From assembly GCA_034429015.1 (NCBI GenBank), contig DAOUHA010000012.1:70615-134614 (forward strand): a stretch of DNA of 64,000 bases. The letters run 5' to 3'. Both the position numbers and the translations under genes were made by a program. The first letter of the stretch is position 1. Each line of letters begins with the position of its first letter. Of this stretch, positions 27,328 to 37,200 are shown in pieces. Under the pieces are notes generated by a model that searched no databases, was not told where the DNA came from, and was given only the letters and a program-made list of their open reading frames with translations. The stretch comes from Longilinea sp. (GTDB lineage: Bacteria > Chloroflexota > Anaerolineae > Anaerolineales > Anaerolineaceae).

Positions 27328-28382
27328 TCGTCGATCCAGCGCTCACGGTTGCCTGTAATCAGAGCTGGATCCAAAATGGCTGGCTCATCCGGGATTTGAG
27401 CAAATTCCCGGAATGCATCCGGCAATTTGGCTGACTGGTTGACCGGGAAAACAAACATCTGCAGGGGCATATCCTCTTGAAAACGGGGCGAGAGCATGAA
27501 ATCCACAAATTTCTCAGCCATCTGGCGCTGACTGGTTCCCTTCAGGATTCCCACAAACTCGACCTGCCGATAACACATATCACGGGATATCAGGCTTCCG
27601 GTGGGAGGTTCGTCCACCGGCGGATCGGCGAAAATATACTCTGCCACCGGACTGGAACCGTAAGAAACAACCATCGGCTGGGGTCCTCTGCCGGAGCTGC
27701 CGCTGAAGTTGGTGTAATAAGCAGTATCCCAGTCATTCACCACCACCAAACCATTGTTACGCAGATCATTCCAAAAATCCAGATATGTTTCCTCGGTAAA
27801 CCGGGAGATGGTCGCCATTAAAAACGATAAACCAACCGAGGAAGTGGCTGGATTTTCCATAACCAATAATCCCTTGTACTCCGGTTTGACCAGATCACTC
27901 AAGTCAGTGGGTAATACCAATCCTTTTTCCACAAAGAATGCCTTGTCATAATTGATGCAGACATCGCCATAATCAACCGGCAAAGCGGAATGTGCGGGAT
28001 CCAGTTGGAACTCAGCGGAAATATCAGCCAGCAACGGGGATTCATACGGCTCGAATATTCCCGCATCCAGTGCCCGGGTGAGGAAGGTGTTATCCACCCC
28101 ATAGAAGACATCAGCCTGGGGAGAATCCTTTGAAAGAATCGCCCGGTTGAGAGCCGAACCCGAATCACCGGAGGGCAAAAAAACGAGTTTGACATTGTTT
28201 TCCTGTTCAAACTGGACAATTACATCCTCCGAGACTGCAAAGGAATCATGGGTCATCACCGTCAGGGTTACTGGTTCCGGCAAGGATGTACTCATTGGGG
28301 ACTCAATCCGGGATGGGGTACAACTCGTGAGGGTGAAACTGAGAAAAACAATAAAAAACGAGACCTTCATCCAAATTTTCAT
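27303..28382 (-). CDS. thiB: Thiamine ABC transporter substrate-binding lipoprotein
   Basis: 359 aa, LTSC lipobox, family-1 SBP pattern. The substrate is assigned from context (TPP riboswitch and thiamine pyrophosphokinase). Confidence 0.75.
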   Translation of the reverse strand: MKIWMKVSFFIVFLSFTLTSCTPSRIESPMSTSLPEPVTLTVMTHDSFAVSEDVIVQFEQENNVKLVFLPSGDSGSALNRAILSKDSPQADVFYGVDNTFLTRALDAGIFEPYESPLLADISAEFQLDPAHSALPVDYGDVCINYDKAFFVEKGLVLPTDLSDLVKPEYKGLLVMENPATSSVGLSFLMATISRFTEETYLDFWNDLRNNGLVVVNDWDTAYYTNFSGSSGRGPQPMVVSYGSSPVAEYIFADPPVDEPPTGSLISRDMCYRQVEFVGILKGTSQRQMAEKFVDFMLSPRFQEDMPLQMFVFPVNQSAKLPDAFREFAQIPDEPAILDPALITGNRERWIDEWTRTVIR

Positions 28383-28399
28383 ATTAAAAATCCTTTCTT

Positions 28400-29050
28400 T
28401 TACCTCCTGCGGGTATGAATACAGAGAAGCAATCCGTCTTTCACCTCCACGATTGCCCGATCCTTTAACATGATGTTTGAAATTCCACGGCTTTTATGGG
28501 GCAGAAGGGTTTCATCCACCAACGGATATCTCAAACCGGTTGTTTTAATTCCCCTTGCTTCCCCCTGGATTGGTATCAGGGAGACAAGATCCCCTTTTTC
28601 ACCGATGACTTCCGCCTGTCTGTGAATCAGAAAGATTTCGGTCGTGCCATCATCGAGTCTGACATCCCGGTCGTCCTGATTGGGATCCAACAGGGTGAAA
28701 ATATTTCCCAACAGATGATCCACCCTCCCCCCCAGCGCTCCCACAATGCGAATGGATTGGCAATCCAGATTAATTACAAATTGAATTGCCAGTTCCAGGT
28801 CGGTTTCATCCTTGACAGGTGGGTACCGAATGACTCTTGCCCCTTGCTTTTCCAGATTGGCGACATCCTCCTCCCGGACTGAATCCAAATCACCAATCAA
28901 CACATGGGGCTGGATGCCCAGTTGCTGGAGGTGTCTTAATCCACCGTCAACAGCAACCAGGAGATCATCCGGTTCCAGGATTTTTTGTAAAGAATCGAGG
29001 TCATGAATCTGACCATTGACGAAAAGCAAAGCGCGCTGTGATTTATTCAT
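28400..29050 (-). CDS. thiN: Thiamine pyrophosphokinase
   Basis: VAVDGG...IGDLDS motifs of TPK and a C-terminal thiamine-binding domain. Start set at ATG 29050, because the longer track ORF would run through the riboswitch terminator. Confidence 0.85.
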   Translation of the reverse strand: MNKSQRALLFVNGQIHDLDSLQKILEPDDLLVAVDGGLRHLQQLGIQPHVLIGDLDSVREEDVANLEKQGARVIRYPPVKDETDLELAIQFVINLDCQSIRIVGALGGRVDHLLGNIFTLLDPNQDDRDVRLDDGTTEIFLIHRQAEVIGEKGDLVSLIPIQGEARGIKTTGLRYPLVDETLLPHKSRGISNIMLKDRAIVEVKDGLLLCIHTRRR

Positions 29051-29051
29051 C

Positions 29052-29076
29052 AAAAAAAACCCTCGCCAGGGAGGGT
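29052..29076 (-). terminator. TPP riboswitch expression platform (terminator and possible SD sequestering hairpin)
   Basis: Minus strand: CCCTC-CCTGGC-GAGGG followed by T8 and then directly ATG. The GAGGG arm is the only SD-like element, 9 nt from the ATG. Confidence 0.65.
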
Positions 29077-29094
29077 GTGCATGAACCATCAAGC

Positions 29095-29190
29095 GTATGT
29101 TCCCTCCGCCGGCATAATCCGGATCAGGTAATGTGGGTCGAGGACAATTGTCCTCCTCTCAGCCTTCAGAAAGGCTCCCCATGTAATGTT
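29095..29190 (-). promoter_or_regulatory. TPP (THI-box) riboswitch
   Basis: Minus strand reads GGGGAGCC...GGCTGAGAGG...ACCC...ACCTGATCCGGATTATGCCGGCGGAGGGA. This contains the conserved CUGAGA and ACCUGAUCnGGAUnAUGCCnGCG elements. Confidence 0.9.
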
Positions 29191-29196
29191 GATTGC

Positions 29197-29225
29197 ACTA
29201 TATCGCAATGGGAAAATGCTGTCAA
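29197..29225 (-). promoter_or_regulatory. Sigma70-type promoter driving the TPP riboswitch operon
   Basis: Minus strand: TTGACA (29220-29225), a 17-nt spacer, then TATAGT (29197-29202). The riboswitch begins about 10-20 nt downstream. Confidence 0.6.
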
Positions 29226-29232
29226 GTGTTTA

Positions 29233-30018
29233 TCAGCGCACCCTCCGTTTCCATTCCTCTTTTAACTGCAATTCACGCGGAGATTCACCGGAAGGCAGGG
29301 ACAAGAAATCCAACACCAGCCGGTTAAACCTGGCGCTCTCATCCAGCATGGGAAAATGACCGGATTGTTCAAAAATGATCGAGTATGATTGCGGAGGAAT
29401 ATCCAGCATTCGCGAATCCTGGGGAGCGCCCACGACCGGGTCGTTCTGACCGTGAACATACAGACAGGGGGTGGTGAAATTGCAAATTAAATCACCCAGC
29501 CTGTAATTGGAATATTCCTGTAAAGAGGTGTGGATGGCACGCGCATCAGCTTTGGATGCTTCCAGTAGAACTGGTTCCATATCCACATTTCGTCCAGACA
29601 ACCAGATTGCCAGTTCCATGGGGGAATTCGTACTCAGGCGGGGATTGATTGTTCCATCATCAAGGGGAAAACTGACTGTCATCAGTCTGTCCACCAGTTC
29701 CGGATACTGCAAGGCAAAATAGATGGCTGCCAGGGCACCCAAACCATGTCCAACCAGCACAACCCGCATGATGCCCATCGAATACATGAATTGATTCACA
29801 AGATCCGCCTGCTCGGTCAGTGTATACCGGTTATTTTTGGATGACTCACCGTACCCCCACAGGTCCAATGAATATGTTCGATAATTGATGGACATTGCCT
29901 GCATGGATGGGATCCAATAACGCCAGGAACCCACCCAGCTGTGCAGAAATAGGAGAGGTTTCCCCCGACCCAGGACTTCATAATGAACGATACCCGAGTC
30001 CAGAACAATGACGCTCAT
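29233..30018 (-). CDS. Alpha/beta hydrolase
   Basis: 261 aa with FLHSWVGS and the GHGLGA nucleophile elbow. Overlaps the upstream response regulator gene by 4 nt. Confidence 0.75.
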   Translation of the reverse strand: MSVIVLDSGIVHYEVLGRGKPLLFLHSWVGSWRYWIPSMQAMSINYRTYSLDLWGYGESSKNNRYTLTEQADLVNQFMYSMGIMRVVLVGHGLGALAAIYFALQYPELVDRLMTVSFPLDDGTINPRLSTNSPMELAIWLSGRNVDMEPVLLEASKADARAIHTSLQEYSNYRLGDLICNFTTPCLYVHGQNDPVVGAPQDSRMLDIPPQSYSIIFEQSGHFPMLDESARFNRLVLDFLSLPSGESPRELQLKEEWKRRVR

Positions 30019-30398
30019 GATGCCTGGTTGGAAAATCGATTCAGCAATTCATTCACCCGGCAGGTCAATTCATCCGGTGCAAACGGCTTGAGGAGATATT
30101 CACTCGCCCCGGCTTCCAATCCCGTGCGGATTTCTGATTCCTGTCCTTTGGCGGAGAGAAACACAACCGGTATGTGACTGATCCGTTCATCCGCCTTTAT
30201 TTTTTCACATGCCTCGTAACCTGTCATCCGGGGCATGCGAACATCCATCAGGATCAGATCAGGCATTTCCACAATTGCAGATTGCCAGGCTTCCTCGCCA
30301 TTGCTGGCAGTGACCACCTCGTGACCTGCAAACCTCAAGGTAAATGCGATCAAATCCCGAATGTCGCGCTCATCCTCAGCAATCAATATTTTTGCCAT
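30015..30398 (-). CDS. Single-domain response regulator (CheY-like)
   Basis: 127 aa with the acidic pocket (EDE), phospho-acceptor in LILMDVRMP, and conserved K in LLKPF. Confidence 0.9.
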   Translation of the reverse strand: MAKILIAEDERDIRDLIAFTLRFAGHEVVTASNGEEAWQSAIVEMPDLILMDVRMPRMTGYEACEKIKADERISHIPVVFLSAKGQESEIRTGLEAGASEYLLKPFAPDELTCRVNELLNRFSNQAS

Positions 30399-30401
30399 AA
30401 T

Positions 30402-33400
30402 CTATTCCTCCATTCGATGAATGGGCAATGTAAATGAAAATGCACTGCCCTCACCGGGAACACCAGAACTGCGAAACCAGATTCGCCCACGGTGCATTTC
30501 CACCAGGGTTTTCGCCATTGCCAGACCCAGACCGGTCCCCGCAGAAGCCAGCACCAGGGGATGATCACCCCGGTAGAACCGTTCAAAAATCCGCGAATGA
30601 TTCCTGGGATCTATTCCCACCCCATCGTCTTGAACATCCACCTGGACTTCATTATCCAATAGTTGAATCCGGATGGATACATGACCGCCTTCCTGGGTAT
30701 ATAAATATCCATTCCGTACAAGATTGCCAATAATTTGATCAATCCGTTCCGGATCACCCAGTATGGCTGGCATTTGTTGTGGCACGTCCATTGTAAAAGT
30801 TATGGGCTTGTTTTCATCGTTGGAACGGGTGCGCATCTCGTTCACCACATTTTCCATGATATCCACCAAATCGATCTGTTGCATCATCAACTGCACACGC
30901 CCGGTCTCCACACGGGAAAGGTCCAGCAGATCATTGATCAGGATGGTCAGCCGCTCCGAAGATGATTTGACCACTTCCAGGAAGTGTTTCTGCTGTTCAT
31001 TAAGCTGACCAGCCGCACCCATCAGCATGATATCCACGTAACCCTTGATAGAAGTCATCGGGGTGCGCAGCTCATGGCTGACATTTGCCACAAACTCCGA
31101 CTTGAGCCGGTCCACCTGGACCTCATGGGTGATATCGCGGAAGGTTGTCACCGTGCCCAGCAGGATTTTTTTCCAGATAACCGGGGCAAGCTGAATGGCG
31201 ATAATCTGTCCGTTATCCAACTCGATTTGCTCGGAATAAATCTCTCCCGGGAGGCGGGTCTTGGGATAATTCAGCCAGGAACGAATGGTGCCAAGCCACA
31301 TTTGAGCGGAACTGCCAAACAACCCGCGGAATTTATCCAGAGGATTTCCCACGATCTCGTCTGATGAAATTTTCAGGATTTTCTCCGCCGAAGGATTGAA
31401 TAATGTCACCCGGTTTTTTGCATCCGTCACCAACACACCGTCGGCAACTGCATTCAGAATGGACTCCATCCGGCTGGATTCCATCTGCTGCCTGCGCAGC
31501 ATGACACCCATGTTTTCCGCCTGGTCGCGGATCAGGTTGAATAGCTCTGAATTATTGATTGTTATGCTGATTTGCCGGGCAGCTGCCTTCAGCAAATCTA
31601 TTTGTTCAACCTGGAAGGCGTTTTTTGAGCGCTGGAAGAGAAGCAATGCCCCCAATGCGTCCTGACCCATCAAAAGAGGCACGGCAATGACACTGGAATA
31701 ATTACTTTCGTGTGTCTGTGGACATGTCCAGCGCTCATCAGCTGTCAGATCATCCACCACGACACAAGTGCGTTCACGGGCTGCCCAATCAGCAATCTCT
31801 ACCTCCAGCGCTCCTGCTATCGATGGATTTGTCAGGGATTCACCTGAAAGGTAATGTTTTGAATTTCCAACAAGCCAGATCAGGCTCTGTTCGGCGCCTG
31901 TTGTTGCATTAAGGATTTCCAATGTGCGCATCAATACCTGGTCGATATCCAGGCTGGCAGACAGTTCGTTGGAAAGCCTGAGCAATGTCTGGGAATTTTC
32001 ATGCTCACGTGTCAGTTCTGCGGTCCGTTCGTCCACGCGCACTTCCAAATCTTGTTTTAATCTCACGGTCTCTGCAAACAGGCTGGCATTTTCCAATGCA
32101 AGCGAGGTTTGCTGTGCCAGCGAAATCACCAGGGTTTCATCGTCAGCTGTAAATGCACCGGAGATGGAGTATTGGTCGATCACCAAAACACCCATGGAAT
32201 TTCCGAACAATTGAAGCGGCACTCCCAGGGTGGCTAATGGCAGCCGCCCGCCAGTCGCTATTCGATAATGCAACAAATCATCAACCGGCAGGGCATATTC
32301 ACTGGCAAAATTTAAATCAGCAATCCGCTGGACTTTCCCGCTATGAAAAATTCGCACCGGAAATAGTTTTGATCCTTCATCCAGGGGGAATCGAATTGCG
32401 AGGAGATCCGCTTTCGCCAGGAAACCTGCAGCCACCAGCGGGGTCAATCCATTTTCTTCATCTGCCAATGCAATCCAGGCGGATTGGGCTGCCGGTAAAA
32501 CCTCCATAACACCTTCCAGCAGGGCATTCAAAATATCGATTTGTTCAAGGCTGCCCAACCGGCGGGTGAATTCCAACAACAGGTTTACTTCATGTAAATG
32601 CCGGTTGGTTTCCTCCAGCAGGTTGCGGTTCTGCAAAGTCACGGTCACCTGGCGGATCAATCGGTCATAAATCTGCTCGTCTTCAATTGTAATTTCCGGC
32701 AACTCATTCTGGCTGGTTGCCAGAATGCCAAAACACCTCTGATCCGAAATGGCAAACGGAAGGGCAAGCATTCCCCTGGTATTCAAGGAATGAAGCATTG
32801 GATTATTCTTCCATTCCAAGCATTGATCCAATGATGCTGTCAGGATGGGTTTCCTGTCCAAAAGGACCTGTCTGAGTGGATTCCTTTGACCAAAAAGTGC
32901 CTGTGGATTGACACCCGGCTCGGTAATGCCTGCGACCTCCAGGAGCCGAATTCCATCCGGTGATTGTTCGCCAATCAACGCAGTCTGCATGCCCAGGCTG
33001 CCGAGTAATTCGTCGGCAACCGTGCGTAAAACCTGCAGCAGATTATCCTGCCGGGCAGCTTCTTCAGCAATTTTCAATCCAGTTAACAATCGTTCATTGG
33101 TGCTAGCCAGATGTCGAACGGCAATGGTCTGTTCCAGGTTGCGGTTAAGCAGCTGGGGCAGGTTGCGCTGGGTAATTTCCAACGATGCCATTGCCTGGCG
33201 GGCTTGCAGGCTGGTTAATTCCAGGTTTTGTTCCAACTCATTCACATGACGGTTATTTTCCATCACCAGCGCCACCTGGAATGCCAGCAAATCCAATGCC
33301 TCCAGGGTGGGGCGATCCGGGCGCCGTCCATCGAGAGGGACATCAATACCCACAGTACCCAATGGATGCCCTTGTGAGTCATATAACGGTACTACAAGGA

Positions 33401-36293
33401 AATCATCCGGATCCCAGGCGTCTTCGACTTCCAATTCGGCTAACTGGGGGATGGCATAAAGGTGCACATCCTCCGGGATGACAGGAGCAAGATCAGCCGG
33501 GATGAAATAAACATTTCCATAACGAAATTCGGGCTTTAAAAGACTTTCAATTCCACGCCATGGAGGTGTGTGTTCCTTTAATTCCCGCCAGCTTTCCTCG
33601 GGAATCCCCAAACCATATACGCGTTCCAGCATATTGGTGGACAGGTTCAACCGATTGATCAATACTGCCTGAAAACGGGTAACCTCCTGGATGGCAGATG
33701 CGATGGCTGCCAGGGATTGTTCCAACGGTTGACCGGGTCGAAGCACCTGTGAAACCTGAAAAAGTTTGGTCAGGATTTCCAGTTGACGTTTAAGCAGTTC
33801 CCCGCGCCGCAGTTGTTCTTCATATTCGAAGGCATTTCCCAACGCCACCGCTGCCTGGGCAGCCAGTGAACGGGTGATTTCAATGGATTCCTCATCAAAA
33901 CGTCTGGCGGAATGGGCATGCAATAGTACCAACCCGGCTGGCTTACCGCGGAAATGGATGGGAACGATCAGGGTGGATTCAACCCCGCCATGGGAGGTTG
34001 TCATTGATGATTCTGAGATTTCCGGCAAGTACACCGGCTCACCGGTGGATAATGCTTGTTGCTCCAACTCACTCAGGACCTTTGGTGATGAGTCGCCAAC
34101 AGAATAACGGATAATTGGCAGTCCGCTTTCTGATCGCGAAAGGTCAAATAAAAGAATCGAGCCGGAATCTGCGCGGGTGATTCTCAATGCTTCGCTGTAA
34201 ACCAGCTGCAGGATGGATTTTAAGTCCAGGGAAGTCCCCAATTCCCGGCTGATGCGCGTGAGTGCGGTGAGTTGTTCAACCTGGCGGCGCAGGCTCTCAT
34301 CGGTTTGCGCCACCAGGAAGGATTGTTCAACAACCCCTGCCAGTTGACCCGCTGCTGTGATCATGGTTTGCAGATCAGTCTGGTTGAACGTGCTGGGTTG
34401 AATGCTTCCAAACCAGACCTCACCCACACCTTCATCCCGGACAATCAATGGAACTCCGATCAGGGATTGCAGCTTCAGCAAACTGAAAAGCTGTTGATAA
34501 AAGGGGATGACAGCCTGTTCCTTAACCAGTTGATCGATGATCCTTGATGACTGGCTGCCTGTCAGGGTAAAGGGGAATTGGGCATCATCTGTTGGGAGGG
34601 AAGCCATGGAAATATTGTTGGAATCATTATTGCCAAAAATGGATGGGAAATGGATTCCCAGGGATTTTCGATCCTCATCCAATACCAGGGCAAAGGCATA
34701 ATCCGCCTGCAGCAGGCGCGCCAGCTCCTGGATGGAAAACTTTAGAATTTCATCCGTCGTGGCGGCTGATGAAGCCAGGCTGGTCACCCGGCGGAGAGCT
34801 TCAGCGCGGTTGGCGCGCTGCCTGGATTGCTGAACCAGGTATGAATTCTCAATAATTGCCGCTGCCTGATTCGCCACAATCATCAACAAGTGCAGCTCAT
34901 CCCGGGAGAAACTGGTGCTGCCATCAGTATGATTGGATGCCTGAAGATAGCCCAGGGCATGTCCACCGGCTTTCAGGGGAATCAGCACCGTGTCCCGCAG
35001 AGACGCCCCCCTCGCCAGGTGATCAATCCCCAACAACTGCCATTGGGGATCCCCCAGGGCATTCGTTGTGACGAGTAAATCCTGTTCCAGCAGGGCAGCC
35101 TCCAGTGGACTGTTGGGGGGAACTTCCGCTGAATATAATTCCAGGAAATTTTCCGGCAGACCCCGGATGGGCGCCCGTCCCTCCAGGTGGCGGTTCGATT
35201 CGTTGTAAATCAAAAAACCAAGGATTTCAACCGGCATCAGGGGAGCAAGACTGTCCACCAGCCGTTGATACATCGTCTGCGGATTGGTGACTGTAGTAAA
35301 CACCTGCGCCAGACCTGCCAGTTCTGAAAGCTCTGCTGTACGGCGCTGCTGGCGTTTTAACAACAGTGTATTGTAAATGGCGACGGTAGCCGGTGGGGAA
35401 ATTCGTTGCAGGATGTCAAGATCATCTTGATGGAAAGCCCCCCGGGTGACGGAGCCAATCCCCATCGTGCCAATTAATTCATCCCCAAGGACCAGTGGAA
35501 TGCCCAGATAAGACCGCAGGGGCATTACTGTCCGATCAATGGCTGGCAGCTGATCGCTTCGAGCCTCCACATCCTGAATCAACAAGGGAGCCCGTTCTTC
35601 CGCCAGAGCTCCGGGAAAACCCTCCCCCAGGCGGTACCGGTTGAAGGGTTTTTCCAGTTGAATATCCTCACTCGATTGACCGATCACCCGGAAAGGAACC
35701 AGATATTCCTTCTCCGGATCCCAGATGGTCAGTTCATAAATATCCGCCAGGACCAATTTTTGTAAATCCTGAAGGATCATCAATAATTTTGGTTCCAGAT
35801 CCATATCAGCCGGCATGACACCCAGAAATGATGGGGAGGTTTGACCGGCTCCCTCGCGGATAATTCCCCCGGGCTGGAGATTCCGCAAGGTCAGCAGCAT
35901 ATACTCTCCAGATGGCAAGGTCACAGCGTGGGATTCCACCTCCAGGTCCTGCATACCTGCCACAAATTTACCATAACCCGGGCTGGTGCACAGCGCCAGA
36001 AAAGGCTCGCTGGGACGCAGGCGCCTTGCCAGGTTTTCCAGGTTGGGAAATTCTTCCCCTTCGATATTTAATAATTCCCGGGCGCCAGTCGAGAGCGACA
36101 CAATCCGTCCGCCAGATTCAATGATGATGACCATGTCATCTGATGTGTTTTCGATCCAGGAGGGGTTGAAGAATTTCCACTCGTGGCGGGTACGGGAGCG
36201 ATCCTGAATACGAATAAATATCCGGGCAATCAGCCAGAAAGTTAAGCCCAAAGCAGCAATGAGAATACCGGCAATCAGTGTGGGTGAATTCAT
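30402..36293 (-). CDS. Giant sensor histidine kinase with N-terminal TM anchor, many GAF-type domains, PAS, HisKA and HATPase_c
   Basis: H-box HELRTPMTSIKGY, N box and G boxes (GTGLGLAMAK), and a PAS domain (MESILNAVADGVLVTD) just before it. More than 1400 aa of repeated GAF-like modules. Start moved to ATG 36293 (MNSPTLIAG, the TM helix). The track start at 36371 overlaps the upstream gene by 62 nt. Confidence 0.9.
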   Translation of the reverse strand: MNSPTLIAGILIAALGLTFWLIARIFIRIQDRSRTRHEWKFFNPSWIENTSDDMVIIIESGGRIVSLSTGARELLNIEGEEFPNLENLARRLRPSEPFLALCTSPGYGKFVAGMQDLEVESHAVTLPSGEYMLLTLRNLQPGGIIREGAGQTSPSFLGVMPADMDLEPKLLMILQDLQKLVLADIYELTIWDPEKEYLVPFRVIGQSSEDIQLEKPFNRYRLGEGFPGALAEERAPLLIQDVEARSDQLPAIDRTVMPLRSYLGIPLVLGDELIGTMGIGSVTRGAFHQDDLDILQRISPPATVAIYNTLLLKRQQRRTAELSELAGLAQVFTTVTNPQTMYQRLVDSLAPLMPVEILGFLIYNESNRHLEGRAPIRGLPENFLELYSAEVPPNSPLEAALLEQDLLVTTNALGDPQWQLLGIDHLARGASLRDTVLIPLKAGGHALGYLQASNHTDGSTSFSRDELHLLMIVANQAAAIIENSYLVQQSRQRANRAEALRRVTSLASSAATTDEILKFSIQELARLLQADYAFALVLDEDRKSLGIHFPSIFGNNDSNNISMASLPTDDAQFPFTLTGSQSSRIIDQLVKEQAVIPFYQQLFSLLKLQSLIGVPLIVRDEGVGEVWFGSIQPSTFNQTDLQTMITAAGQLAGVVEQSFLVAQTDESLRRQVEQLTALTRISRELGTSLDLKSILQLVYSEALRITRADSGSILLFDLSRSESGLPIIRYSVGDSSPKVLSELEQQALSTGEPVYLPEISESSMTTSHGGVESTLIVPIHFRGKPAGLVLLHAHSARRFDEESIEITRSLAAQAAVALGNAFEYEEQLRRGELLKRQLEILTKLFQVSQVLRPGQPLEQSLAAIASAIQEVTRFQAVLINRLNLSTNMLERVYGLGIPEESWRELKEHTPPWRGIESLLKPEFRYGNVYFIPADLAPVIPEDVHLYAIPQLAELEVEDAWDPDDFLVVPLYDSQGHPLGTVGIDVPLDGRRPDRPTLEALDLLAFQVALVMENNRHVNELEQNLELTSLQARQAMASLEITQRNLPQLLNRNLEQTIAVRHLASTNERLLTGLKIAEEAARQDNLLQVLRTVADELLGSLGMQTALIGEQSPDGIRLLEVAGITEPGVNPQALFGQRNPLRQVLLDRKPILTASLDQCLEWKNNPMLHSLNTRGMLALPFAISDQRCFGILATSQNELPEITIEDEQIYDRLIRQVTVTLQNRNLLEETNRHLHEVNLLLEFTRRLGSLEQIDILNALLEGVMEVLPAAQSAWIALADEENGLTPLVAAGFLAKADLLAIRFPLDEGSKLFPVRIFHSGKVQRIADLNFASEYALPVDDLLHYRIATGGRLPLATLGVPLQLFGNSMGVLVIDQYSISGAFTADDETLVISLAQQTSLALENASLFAETVRLKQDLEVRVDERTAELTREHENSQTLLRLSNELSASLDIDQVLMRTLEILNATTGAEQSLIWLVGNSKHYLSGESLTNPSIAGALEVEIADWAARERTCVVVDDLTADERWTCPQTHESNYSSVIAVPLLMGQDALGALLLFQRSKNAFQVEQIDLLKAAARQISITINNSELFNLIRDQAENMGVMLRRQQMESSRMESILNAVADGVLVTDAKNRVTLFNPSAEKILKISSDEIVGNPLDKFRGLFGSSAQMWLGTIRSWLNYPKTRLPGEIYSEQIELDNGQIIAIQLAPVIWKKILLGTVTTFRDITHEVQVDRLKSEFVANVSHELRTPMTSIKGYVDIMLMGAAGQLNEQQKHFLEVVKSSSERLTILINDLLDLSRVETGRVQLMMQQIDLVDIMENVVNEMRTRSNDENKPITFTMDVPQQMPAILGDPERIDQIIGNLVRNGYLYTQEGGHVSIRIQLLDNEVQVDVQDDGVGIDPRNHSRIFERFYRGDHPLVLASAGTGLGLAMAKTLVEMHRGRIWFRSSGVPGEGSAFSFTLPIHRMEE

Positions 36294-36309
36294 ATGAGGG
36301 ATGAGGGTG

Positions 36310-37200
36310 TTACTGGGTGTCCTGGCGCCGGTTCTCGGCTGCCAGTTCGGTGATTTCACGAATATCCGCAAAATACTGAGTGGAGGGAGTCACAACTCCG
36401 ACAGCCAGGGTCATCAATGGCACCTGATGGCTGGTACCGTCCTTTCCAGGCGCCATAATGAAGCCCTGCTGGCGGTCAGTAAACGAATAATGCGATAGAA
36501 TTTCCTCGCCGAACCGTTCCTTCAGACGTTTTCGGATGGGTTGGGCATGATCACTGGTTGTGATCAAAATAAAATTATCCCCGCCGGCATGACCGATGAA
36601 GTCATTCACCGTCCCAAGTTCATCCGCCACCTCCCCCAACAGCATTGCGGAATAACGCAGGCAATCGTTGGCGGCTATGAAACCATAAACATCCTTGAAG
36701 GCGTCAAAATGGTTGATGCGGATGTCCATGAACGCCCATCCCTCCTGGCGGATCATTCGCCGCAACTGATCTTCGATCATCCGCCCGGCAGGCAGACCCG
36801 ATTGGGGATCAGTGAGGCTTTCACGCTGGGCACGGCTGATGGCATTCTGCACGCGCAGCTTTAATTCTTCAATGTCAAACGGCTTGGTGATGTAATCATC
36901 AGCGCCCAGTTCCAATCCCTGCAGACGGTCGCTTCGTTCATCTTTTTGGGTCAGGAAAATCACCGGGATGTGGCTGGTACGGGTGTTCATGCGCAGGGTG
37001 CGGCATACCCCATAGCCATCAATATCCGGCAGCATGATATCCAGAATGATCAGATGGGGCATCACATGCCGGGTTTTCTCCAGCGCATCCGCCCCCCTCC
37101 CGGCGACATCCACATCATAACCCTGGCTGGAGAAGTAAATGCGCAGCATGGTCGAAATATCAACGTCATCTTCCACAATTAATAATCGTGCCTTACCCAT
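36310..37200 (-). CDS. Response regulator with a degenerate GGDEF-like output domain
   Basis: N-terminal receiver (LIVEDD, ILDIMLPD, ITKPF). The C-terminal domain has GGDEF-fold spacing, but the signature reads GGDNF and the upstream DxxFKxxNDxxGH region is altered (HFDAFKDVYGF). Confidence 0.75.
   Translation of the reverse strand: MGKARLLIVEDDVDISTMLRIYFSSQGYDVDVAGRGADALEKTRHVMPHLIILDIMLPDIDGYGVCRTLRMNTRTSHIPVIFLTQKDERSDRLQGLELGADDYITKPFDIEELKLRVQNAISRAQRESLTDPQSGLPAGRMIEDQLRRMIRQEGWAFMDIRINHFDAFKDVYGFIAANDCLRYSAMLLGEVADELGTVNDFIGHAGGDNFILITTSDHAQPIRKRLKERFGEEILSHYSFTDRQQGFIMAPGKDGTSHQVPLMTLAVGVVTPSTQYFADIREITELAAENRRQDTQ

Noticed and set aside
36310-37200. Calling the response regulator an active diguanylate cyclase.
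   Set aside because: The signature is GGDNF and other catalytic-region residues differ, so only a degenerate GGDEF-like domain can be claimed.
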